DNA of 64,000 nucleotides from Planctomycetota bacterium (GTDB taxonomy: Bacteria; Planctomycetota; UBA8108; SXIK01): positions 8,192,001 through 8,256,000 of the forward strand of contig OZ244999.1 of the NCBI GenBank assembly GCA_965223265.1, read 5' to 3'. Under the pieces are notes generated by a model. The model was not told where the DNA came from, did not search any database, and saw nothing but the letters and a program-made list of their open reading frames with translations. Positions 1 through 8,533 of the stretch are shown one piece after another. The position numbers and the translations under genes are program-made. The number at the start of each line of letters is the position of its first letter. The stretch's first letter is position 1.

Positions 1-3000
1 ATGACGAAGCGGCGCAGGTTGAGATCGCATCGCGCCAGGCGCACGAGCGGTGGGAGGGACCGAAGCGCCTGCACTGCCGTCGTCTCCGCCGCGGCGATTG
101 TCGCCTGCGCTGCCGCCGCTGGCTGCCCGGCGACTCCGGTCACCGGCGCCGCATCGAGGCTAGTGGCCGCCGTCGGGACAGCGCCGGCAGCGACTGCGGA
201 GGGCTGGCCTTCCGGTACCGCACCGGCGGTCGCCTTCGCGGCGTGCTCGATCGACGTCGAAGAAACGTCGCCGCGCGGACGATGCATGCTCGTTTCGTCA
301 CCGTTTTTTCTCTCGCCGCGGTTTGCCTCACTGGGCTGCGCTGCAGTCAGGCGTAGCCCGAGGAGATCGATGCCGCCATCGACTCGCAAATGCATGCGAC
401 TCGCGAGACCGTCGAGGGCGACTTCGTCGACCTCGATGAACCCGCCTTGCGGATCGAAGCGCGCCACTTCGACGCGCAGCGAGTCGAGCTCCAAGAGCGG
501 TGAGTCCGGTGCCGCTTGGTCGTGAAAGTTGAACGCGCTGATCTCAGCTGCGAGCCGCTGCCCGCCGTCAGCCGCGGCGCCGACGACAGCGCCCAGGTCG
601 GCCTTCAGCTGCCCGTCGGCAAGCGTCACGTCGATGCCACTGCCCTCGAGGTACGGCGCCATGGCACCGGCTCGCAAGCCGCGCGCGACGAACGCCAGCT
701 GCGTGGATTGCTCGTCGAGGCCGAGAGTGACGTTCCCCTTGAGGGAGAGCTCATCAAGCGTGTCGGCGATCGCGACGCGAACGTCGACGCTTCCAGGTTT
801 CGGACTAGCGGCGCCAATGTCCAGTTGATCGACCGCGACGTCAACACGAACATGGGTGTCGACAGCCGGCGTCACGACCGCGTCGGCCCAATCGACTCGA
901 GCTGCTTCGACGCGCAAACGTTCCAGTTGGATGGAGGCGGCTTCTGGACGCTCGCTTCGGGTCTCGACGTTTGCAGCTGTTTCATCGCTCGCGGCGTCGG
1001 TCTTCGTGGCTGCGATCTGCTGTGGAGGCGTTCGATCGCTTGCCTGACTTGCCGTCGGCGAAAGGGCGGAGTCCCGGTTGGCTCCGTCCGGGCCTTCGCG
1101 ACTGCTTTGCGGCGGCGCCAGAATCAATCCCGCTGCTGCGATCGAACCGTCGGGCCGCCGTTCGACGTTCGCGCGCGGGCGTACGAGTTCAACGTTTCCG
1201 ATTCGGAGTGCAGCGCGCTGCGCTACGACGTCTTCGACCGCCAGACGCTCGATGGCTACGAGTTCGGCCTCGCCGTCGGTCAAGCGCACCCCCTCGAGGC
1301 TCAAGCGCACGGCCGTGCCTGCGTCGTCGTCACTGTCTTCGGAAGCGATCGGCTGCGCCGCCGCACGCAGACTGAACTGTAGTCGACCCGCGGTCAGCGC
1401 CGAGGCGAGTCCCGCTTGCTCCAGATAGGGCTGCAGCGCGGCGGCGGTGATTCCGTCAGCGTCGACCGTCATACTCAGGGCGGGATGTTGGGGCAGGCCG
1501 CGCAGCTCGCCGTCGAGGGTGAAGTTCTCCACCGCACCGGGGAGTCGAAAACCACCTTTGAGCTGCGCCGCGGCGTCTGCATCCGAGGCCGCCGTGACGG
1601 CATCGACGGTGACATCTGCGGCTCCGAGTTCGAGGTCGACGAGCTGCAGCTTTGCCGCTGGCTGCACAGCCTCGTCAGTCCAGGCGAGCTCGGTGGCGGC
1701 GAACTGAATCCTACCGACATGGAGCCGCGGTGCCTCCCGGTGATGAGGTGCCCCCTCGGCGCCTGACTTGGTCTCACGGTTGGCTGCCGTAGCTGCAACC
1801 GGATTGGGTGCAGCTTCTTCCTTTGCGTCGCTGATGCGCGTGGTCATGCTGTCGTGTCGCGAGACGCCATTTGGCAGTACGCGGATGCCGAGCGCGGAAA
1901 GGACGCCGTCTTCGCTGCGCGCTGCCGCGCTTTCGAGACCGACGATTTCGATCGCGTCAATGTCGATCGCTAGACGTCGCGTCGTCGTCTGGGTCGCCGC
2001 TGCTTCCGTCGCAGTGCTCGAGTCTTGCGCTTGAGTCGGGTTCGAGGCGGACTCTAGAGGAGCGATCTGGATGCCCGAGACCTCGATGCGATCGAGCGCG
2101 GCGTGGCGCGTTGGGCCGTCTTGAAAGATCAAATCCTTGAGTCGCACCGCGGCTTGGACGCGCTCCGCCGTGCGTTCAAAGTCCGCCGAGAGGCTGCACG
2201 TCAGCGCACCGTCTTCGAGCTCATGAGTCAGCCCCGCCGCTGTCAGATAGGGCGTGACCGCGTCGGGCGCGATGCCGTTAGCTGCCAGCGACAGGCTGAG
2301 CGAGGCGGCGCTGCTGGAGAAGCGGCCGCTGCCGTTCAGCTCGACGGATCCCGCGACGTCGGGAAAGCTCAGCTGTGTGCGCAGGTTCCAATTCTGCTCT
2401 GGTGTGTCGGGCTTAGAATCGATGTCGAGCGTCGAAGAAACAAGCCGCGCCTCCAAATGCGTCGCCGGCTGCGTCGAGTGATCGTCGAAAAGGCCTGCGA
2501 AGTCTTCGAGAGAGAGTCTTTTGAGTGTGACGGTGAATGACGTGCTCGCTACGTCATTGGCGGCGGCAACGGCGTCGCCGTCACCGTCACCATCTCCGGA
2601 CGCTCCCGTTTCGTTCTCCGGAGTCGGTGCTGCGGAACCGTCGGAGCTGCTCGCTTTGTCGTTGTCGCGAACGACGACGTCGGTCGCGGCAGCCGCATCG
2701 GCGTAACTGTCCGGTTGGTCAACGTCACTGCTGGTCGCGCCGCCAAACTGCAGTCCCGCGACCTCCAGCGCGCCGTTTTCCTGTCGCGCGGCGCTCGCCG
2801 ATACGCCCGCGATCGAAGTCTCCTCGATCGTCAGGTGACGTTTGGTCAGTTCTGCGATGGTGACGATCAGTCGCCCGAGCGACGCAGCTTCGTTGCCGTC
2901 CGCCTGCAGCGTGAGGCCGCTCAGCTCAAGACTGCCAGCGACGGCCGTGCCGGGCTCGGTTGGCTCGTCCGATTTGGCTGCATCGGTCGTCGAATCAGGT

Positions 3001-4010
3001 GCCGGCAGTGCCTCGAGGTGTACAGCGCCGTCGAAGCCGAAATCGATGCTTTGTGCATGGGCGCGGGCACCCGCGGCATGGAGATATCCCGCCAGGGATT
3101 TAGGCTGCAGACCGCGGCCGACGACTTTGAAGTCATAGTCGAGTTTGCGATGATTCGACGTACCGAGCGCTTCGACGCGCAAGCTTTCGAACAGCGGCGG
3201 CGAGGTGATCGCGAGGTCGAAACGTGTCGGTCGTGCCGTCGAGCCGAGATTCGAGATGCGCAGGTTGAGATCGAGTCGCGTGTCGATCGGCGGTGACACG
3301 CTCAGGTCGCGAAAACGTGTCTGCACATGCTGCAGCCGCAGCGCGTTGAGTTCGAAGGGAAGGGCGAGATCGATGAGCTGGGCTTCGTCTGCAGCGCGCT
3401 CCTCTGTGGTCGTCGGCTCGGGCTCGGGCGGCGCATCGTCGCGGCGAAGAAAGCGTTCGAGCCCAGGGAAGGCGCCCGTCGCATCTCGTTCGATCAATAC
3501 GTCCATGCCGTCGACCTCGACGCGGCGAACGACCAGCCGGCCGAAAAACAGCTGCGCGATCGCAACGTCCGCGCGGCAATACTCAAGCTCGACCAGATCA
3601 TCTTCGACGCGCGCGTCAGCGTCGCTGGCTGGCGGATCGACTGCTGTCGTGCCGTCCGCTGAATCGTTCGCCGCAGCGCGGCGAGGCGAGATGTTGAGGT
3701 GCCACAGTTCAAGGTCGCCCGTGAGCAGGTTCAAGTGAAGACGCTCGTACTCGCAGCCGAGATCGTAGTCGGCGAAGGAGCTCCGCAGAATCGACGGAAG
3801 CGCGAGCCAGAGCGTCACCCGTAGGATCACCGCGATGACGACGAGCGTGACGAACGACCACCAGAGGCGACGCCTCCAGCGTCCCCGCTTCTTCGTCGGC
3901 GCGACCGGTGGTTGCGCTTGGGGTTCCACCGTCGAAGCAGCTTCGCCTCGAGCGCCGTTAGGAGGTTGGGGCGTGGCGGCGCTGTCTTCAGGGGGTCTCG
4001 AGTCGGTCAC
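1..4010 (-). CDS. Giant AsmA-like/DUF748-type envelope protein, >1330 aa, 3' end outside the window
   Basis: Absent from the ORF track because there is no stop in the window; translated by hand. GTG at 4010 overlaps the TGA of the upstream gene. N-terminus is MTDSRPPEDS...KKRGRWRRRLWWSFVTLVVIAVILRVTLWLALP (basic patch + TM anchor), then LVVRRVEVDGMDVLIERD and repeated beta-rich units containing PYL..AG. The frame at both ends of the segment agrees. Confidence 0.75.
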   Translation of the reverse strand, partial: MTDSRPPEDSAATPQPPNGARGEAASTVEPQAQPPVAPTKKRGRWRRRLWWSFVTLVVIAVILRVTLWLALPSILRSSFADYDLGCEYERLHLNLLTGDLELWHLNISPRRAAANDSADGTTAVDPPASDADARVEDDLVELEYCRADVAIAQLFFGRLVVRRVEVDGMDVLIERDATGAFPGLERFLRRDDAPPEPEPTTTEERAADEAQLIDLALPFELNALRLQHVQTRFRDLSVSPPIDTRLDLNLRISNLGSTARPTRFDLAITSPPLFESLRVEALGTSNHRKLDYDFKVVGRGLQPKSLAGYLHAAGARAHAQSIDFGFDGAVHLEALPAPDSTTDAAKSDEPTEPGTAVAGSLELSGLTLQADGNEAASLGRLIVTIAELTKRHLTIEETSIAGVSASAARQENGALEVAGLQFGGATSSDVDQPDSYADAAAATDVVVRDNDKASSSDGSAAPTPENETGASGDGDGDGDAVAAANDVASTSFTVTLKRLSLEDFAGLFDDHSTQPATHLEARLVSSTLDIDSKPDTPEQNWNLRTQLSFPDVAGSVELNGSGRFSSSAASLSLSLAANGIAPDAVTPYLTAAGLTHELEDGALTCSLSADFERTAERVQAAVRLKDLIFQDGPTRHAALDRIEVSGIQIAPLESASNPTQAQDSSTATEAAATQTTTRRLAIDIDAIEIVGLESAAARSEDGVLSALGIRVLPNGVSRHDSMTTRISDAKEEAAPNPVAATAANRETKSGAEGAPHHREAPRLHVGRIQFAATELAWTDEAVQPAAKLQLVDLELGAADVTVDAVTAASDADAAAQLKGGFRLPGAVENFTLDGELRGLPQHPALSMTVDADGITAAALQPYLEQAGLASALTAGRLQFSLRAAAQPIASEDSDDDAGTAVRLSLEGVRLTDGEAELVAIERLAVEDVVAQRAALRIGNVELVRPRANVERRPDGSIAAAGLILAPPQSSREGPDGANRDSALSPTASQASDRTPPQQIAATKTDAASDETAANVETRSERPEAASIQLERLRVEAARVDWADAVVTPAVDTHVRVDVAVDQLDIGAASPKPGSVDVRVAIADTLDELSLKGNVTLGLDEQSTQLAFVARGLRAGAMAPYLEGSGIDVTLADGQLKADLGAVVGAAADGGQRLAAEISAFNFHDQAAPDSPLLELDSLRVEVARFDPQGGFIEVDEVALDGLASRMHLRVDGGIDLLGLRLTAAQPSEANRGERKNGDETSMHRPRGDVSSTSIEHAAKATAGAVPEGQPSAVAAGAVPTAATSLDAAPVTGVAGQPAAAAQATIAAAETTAVQALRSLPPLVRLARCDLNLRRFV

Positions 4011-5560
4011 TTCGGAGCTCCTGCGCCCGCGGCCTGCGCATCGCTTGCCGCCCGCGCCAGCGCAGCACGGCGCTTCTTGGTATCCGCCAGCGGGTCGTAG
4101 CCCGGCGGCGCAGCATCGCGGTCGTCGAGCCAGTCGAACGCTCGCAATCGCGCCGCGGGCGAGTTGTCTTCGAGGAAGACCAAGTTCTCTTCTCTGAGCC
4201 GATGATAGAACTCCTCGACGGAGCGAGAGCGTGCGACGACTTCGGCCAAAGTCGAGGCATCGCGTCCGACTTCGCCGGCGTGTCGGAGAATGATGCTCTC
4301 CAGATTCGGCGCCATCCGATCGGCCTGGAGGCGCTGCGCGAGGACGCTCGCGGCGCCGCTTTCGAGCAGCCACGCGAGGCTACCAATATCAGCCGGCGGC
4401 GTTTTCTGGCGCTGCGCATCGATCTGTTGCCACAGCTCCTTGAGTGTGAGCACGTCCGCCGCGAGAATCACATCTTGGCCGAGCGGCGCGCCGCTGTGAA
4501 CGGCGAGGTAGAGAAGCGACGGGCGCAGATCTCGAGCGCGTGGAAGTTCTCCAAGAACGTTCGTCATTGCCGACCACTCCGAAGCGGCGGGAGACGGCGC
4601 CGCAGCTTTGCGCGCCGCATCGCGCGCTTCGCGTTCAAGGTCGTCCGCACATTGGGCGACGACACGCACGTGCTGAGTGCGCGCGAGCTCGTCGAGGTCC
4701 TGTGGCGTGTCGACGCGCAGCAGGACGACGAGCCCGGCAGCGTTTCCGACAGCGAACGGTGACGGCAGGGCGATCGCGGTGCGGGCAGCTTTCGCGACCG
4801 GACGCGCATGGAAGAGAACTTGCTCCCGTTGTCTCACGATTTCGTTTGCCGCGGAACTGCCGGCGGCTGCGGCTTGGCTACCGTTGCTACCGTTCGATGT
4901 GGTCGCGGCGTCGGGCTCGATTTCGGGCAGTTCATCAGGCTCCAGACTCGCGAAGCCATCGAGAAAAAGGGCCACACGGACGGTGTCTCCGTCAACTTCG
5001 GCCGATGAGCGCGTCACTTGAATCTCAACGGCGCCGTCGGAGCTAACGGCGGCTCGGTCGTCGGCGCTGCTGGACTCGTCGGCGTTGGGGCGGATGAGAA
5101 AACGCGCCGTGACCTTCTTCGGCAAGGCAGCCTCGAGGTGCTTTAGACGCTGCCAGCGTCCGCCGCTCTTCTCGAGAAGCGACAAAAGATCTGCGGGGGA
5201 ATCGAACGCGCCGATGCGGGCGTCGCGCGTCAGGCGCGCCGCGGGCAGGATCGGGATACCGCCGCGCGACACTGACACCAGTTGCACTTCTTCTTCGAGC
5301 GGCAGCAGCACGTCGAGCGGCAGGCGCTCGAACGCGAAGAGCTCGGCGACGACGCGCAGAGCGTCCTCCAGCTGCGGCGCTTCCTTGCGTTCGAGCTGCG
5401 GCCCCGAGAGTGCTGAGCCGCGAAAGTGGCTCACGGTTGCCTGCAGCTCAGGCGGTTGCAACTCCGGGGGCGGCGGTGGACCCTGACAGGAGATGCAAAT
5501 GCTAACGCAGACGGCGGCCGTCCATCGGCTGACGTTCGGCACTCGGTCTCTCTTGAGCAC
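4007..5560 (-). CDS. Hypothetical lipoprotein
   Basis: 517-aa ORF with hydrophobic signal ending CISC, a Pro-rich linker and a helical C-terminal part; GTGA overlap with the downstream gene. Confidence 0.65.
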   Translation of the reverse strand: MLKRDRVPNVSRWTAAVCVSICISCQGPPPPPELQPPELQATVSHFRGSALSGPQLERKEAPQLEDALRVVAELFAFERLPLDVLLPLEEEVQLVSVSRGGIPILPAARLTRDARIGAFDSPADLLSLLEKSGGRWQRLKHLEAALPKKVTARFLIRPNADESSSADDRAAVSSDGAVEIQVTRSSAEVDGDTVRVALFLDGFASLEPDELPEIEPDAATTSNGSNGSQAAAAGSSAANEIVRQREQVLFHARPVAKAARTAIALPSPFAVGNAAGLVVLLRVDTPQDLDELARTQHVRVVAQCADDLEREARDAARKAAAPSPAASEWSAMTNVLGELPRARDLRPSLLYLAVHSGAPLGQDVILAADVLTLKELWQQIDAQRQKTPPADIGSLAWLLESGAASVLAQRLQADRMAPNLESIILRHAGEVGRDASTLAEVVARSRSVEEFYHRLREENLVFLEDNSPAARLRAFDWLDDRDAAPPGYDPLADTKKRRAALARAASDAQAAGAGAPK

Positions 5561-5928
5561 TCTGACGATAGCCCTCTCTGGCGAAGATCCTCACGACGCA
5601 GGTCGTGACCCGACGCAAAAAGCCTGTTCACGAGCGACTGTCACAAAACGACAGTCACAACGACTCCGATCCAAAGGTCCCCGCCGCACGTCAACTCAAG
5701 AGACCAAGTTTGGATCAGTTTCGGGTATGCGTCAAGGCTTGTAGAGAGTCAAGACGGAAGCTTCGGCGGATGGCGCCCCTCCAGTCCGACGCTCCGGGGT
5801 GTGCCCAGAATCGTCCTCGCGCACGCTACGCAGCTCAACCGGCAAGCTGGCGCCGTGACGTGAGGAGGTGCTCACGCGCACGTGCGCCAGGCTCGCAGAT
5901 GGAGAAGACGTTGGTCGCCTCGCGGCGG

Positions 5929-7359
5929 CTAAAGCGACTTGAGGTATTCGACCAGGTCGTCCTTTTCATTCGCCTCGAGTCCTAGGCCGAATGTCGTGTC
6001 GTAGTGCGTCACGACGTCGAGAAGCGTGGCGAAACGCCCGTCGTGATAGAAGCCACCTTTCATGTGCGTCCAGAGCCCCTTGAGCGGCGACGTGCGGTAG
6101 CCTCGCTCGGGAGAACGGTTCGCCTGAAAGTCATCGATGCCGATTTCCTCCGGCGAGTGGAGATTCCACCCGGGCTCAGTGAAAAGCGGCGGCACGTGAC
6201 AAGTCGCGCAGTTCGCCTTGCCGCCGAAAATGGCGCGGCCGCGCGCTGCCGCATCGGCGTCGTAACTTCCGCGTGGCGGCTTTGGGGCGCGTAGCGCCAG
6301 CTGGTACATTTGCAGCGCCGGCAGCTTTGCGGTCACCAGGTCGTTGTCGGTGCGAATGTTGCCGAATCCGTTCGCGGCGGCAACGGGAAATCGCTCGGCG
6401 TCGTTCAGGCGTGGGTCGTAGAGCGTGCCTTGACCGCCCATTTCGAGAACCGCGACGAACGCGTTCCAGTGGCTCACCCCACCCCAGCCGGTCCACGTGT
6501 GCAGGTTGACGCCGGCGAGTCCAAAGGCCGGCGGAATCAGTACGGCTGCCGGTCGGTCGTCCGGACGAAATGCCTTGCCGTCAAGAAGAAGGCTGGCGTC
6601 GAACTTGCCGGGGCCCCAGCTGCCCAGAACTGTGCGCACGGTCTCCTCATCGACATTCAACAGCGTCGTGAATGGGCTCAGGTCTGGGGCCAGCGAGATG
6701 ATGGTGCCGACGTTCAGGTCGCGGTTCGCCCAGCCGTCGAGGCGTCTGCCGATTCCTGGTGCGAACGAATCGTCTACGGTGGAATGGCAAAGGGCACATT
6801 GGATGCCCATGGAGACGATTTTGCCCTCGTCGTCGAACTTCCCTGTGACACCGACGACAGCGTTGAGACGGAGAAGAAGGACGGTCACCGCCGGATCGGT
6901 CAGATCGACCTCGCCGGCGAGCAGTTGACGTTTGACGGCGCGCGGCAGCGCCTCCGAGTCGACCTTGAGACCGACAGCGAGAGCGGTTTCGGGGCTGACC
7001 CCCGGGCCAACGCCACCGAGCGCCTCCCCTGCCAGCGCCTCGTGAAGCCGCAAAGTGTCGCCCCAGAACACCTCGTCGCCGAAGGTGTCGTAGCGGAAGA
7101 TCCGGCGCCCTTCGCGCACCGCGTCGGCGGCAGCAAGGACGACGGAGTCTGCTGCGCGCCGGTGATGTCGAGCCTGAGTCGATCGCAGGCCCGGGCGTAC
7201 GCGCTCGCGGGCCGCGGTTGAGGAGATGGAGAAGATCGTCCATAGGATCGCTAGAGGCAAGACGAACAGGACGCATCGACGCAGCTTGGTGCTGACGGAG
7301 CTTGAACTCGAGGCGGCGGGATTTGGTGCGTTACGACTTTGACGCGATGACATAGACAT
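5929..7359 (-). CDS. Secreted di-heme c-type cytochrome, bCcP/MauG-superfamily-like C-terminus
   Basis: Two CxxCH motifs (CALCH, CATCH), an N-terminal hydrophobic segment, and C-terminal YRTSPLKGLW...FYHDGRFATLLDVVTHY. Confidence 0.75.
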   Translation of the reverse strand: MSMSSRQSRNAPNPAASSSSSVSTKLRRCVLFVLPLAILWTIFSISSTAARERVRPGLRSTQARHHRRAADSVVLAAADAVREGRRIFRYDTFGDEVFWGDTLRLHEALAGEALGGVGPGVSPETALAVGLKVDSEALPRAVKRQLLAGEVDLTDPAVTVLLLRLNAVVGVTGKFDDEGKIVSMGIQCALCHSTVDDSFAPGIGRRLDGWANRDLNVGTIISLAPDLSPFTTLLNVDEETVRTVLGSWGPGKFDASLLLDGKAFRPDDRPAAVLIPPAFGLAGVNLHTWTGWGGVSHWNAFVAVLEMGGQGTLYDPRLNDAERFPVAAANGFGNIRTDNDLVTAKLPALQMYQLALRAPKPPRGSYDADAAARGRAIFGGKANCATCHVPPLFTEPGWNLHSPEEIGIDDFQANRSPERGYRTSPLKGLWTHMKGGFYHDGRFATLLDVVTHYDTTFGLGLEANEKDDLVEYLKSL

Positions 7360-7707
7360 AACACCTCTTCAGGTAAAGGTCTGAGATTTGGCAGCGCGCG
7401 AAAAAAGGCGCGTCGCGACTGCGGACGGCAGCCGCAGCGAGCGGCTGACCCCGTACCGTTTGGATCCGCGTCGTGCTGAAAGGTGACACGTTTTTTTCGC
7501 GATTGGATCCGCCGGGACGGGGGCTGGCTTTTTCCGTGTCGTTCGTTCGCACCAAGCGAGCGACAACAATAGCTCGGTACGAGTTAGCCTGCAGTTTGTG
7601 TGGCGGGAAAAAGAAGGAGCGCTGCGACCCTTCTCTTCGTATTAGATGGAAGGCGAAACATAGCAAGCAGAAGCGCCGAAGTCTCCTCAAGCCGCCGGAA
7701 GTGCACC

Positions 7708-8406
7708 ATGGTGAGAGCCAAACCAGAGACCTGCGACCTCGCCGCCCTACGGCTTGTCGCCGACGACGATCTGATCGAGCGCGTCCGATCGGGCGAGCTC
7801 GATCTCTTCGAGATCGTCATGCGTCGCTACAACCGTCGTATCTACAAGATTGCGCGGGCATTCGTGCGTAGCGACGTCGACGCCGAGGACGTGATGCAGG
7901 AGACCTACCTGAGAGCGTTCGCGAGCCTTGAGCAGTTCGCGGGGCGCTCGAGCTTTTCGACTTGGCTCATCCGCATTGCCATCAACGAGGCGCTGCGGCG
8001 GCGCCGACAGAACCAGAAGGTGACGCTGAAGTCTGACTTCGAAGAGCTCGGTGACCTCGCGGGTCTGCGTGGTTCGCCGAACGCTCTGCCTGAAGAGGGG
8101 GTGCTGCGCGCCGAGCTTCGCGGCCGCATCGATGCGGCGATCGAATCGCTGCCGATGCCCCACAGGGTCGTCTTCGTCATGCGCAGCGTAGAGGGTCTGA
8201 GCACGCGCCGCACGGCGCGTTTACTTCGCGTCAGCGAAGACGTCGTCAAAACCCGTCTTAGTCGGGCACGATCTCATCTGCGAAAGCAGCTCGAGCCTTA
8301 CACGCGGATCTCGAGCGCCGACGTTTTCTGGTTCCACCTCGTGCGCTGCAACCGCGTCGTCAGCGCCGTCCTGCGCCAGTTGCGAGAGGTCCGACAGTCG
8401 GGCTAG
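7708..8406 (+). CDS. ECF-type RNA polymerase sigma-70 factor with short Cys-containing C-terminal extension
   Basis: Region 2 (DAEDVMQETYLRAF...FSTWLIRIAINEA) and region 4 (LPMPHRVVFVMR...VKTRLSRAR). ATG 7708 chosen as start. Confidence 0.9.
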   Translation: MVRAKPETCDLAALRLVADDDLIERVRSGELDLFEIVMRRYNRRIYKIARAFVRSDVDAEDVMQETYLRAFASLEQFAGRSSFSTWLIRIAINEALRRRRQNQKVTLKSDFEELGDLAGLRGSPNALPEEGVLRAELRGRIDAAIESLPMPHRVVFVMRSVEGLSTRRTARLLRVSEDVVKTRLSRARSHLRKQLEPYTRISSADVFWFHLVRCNRVVSAVLRQLREVRQSG

Positions 8407-8533
8407 AGAAAAGGCTGGACTTACAGCCCAGGAAGCGTTTTCGCGAGCGCGATCTGGCGCTAAAATAGGCTCTTGTACAAAGAGACACCCGGCGACGAGG
8501 TAATCGCCTACCAAAGCTTGGTCGAAGGATCGA

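Noticed and set aside
1-3900. Many plus-strand ORFs of 100-290 aa
   Set aside because: Shadows of the long minus-strand gene; no motifs, typical of high-GC DNA.
5636-5656. Inverted repeat gactgtc-N7-gacagtc upstream of the lipoprotein gene
   Set aside because: Short single instance; cannot be distinguished from chance.
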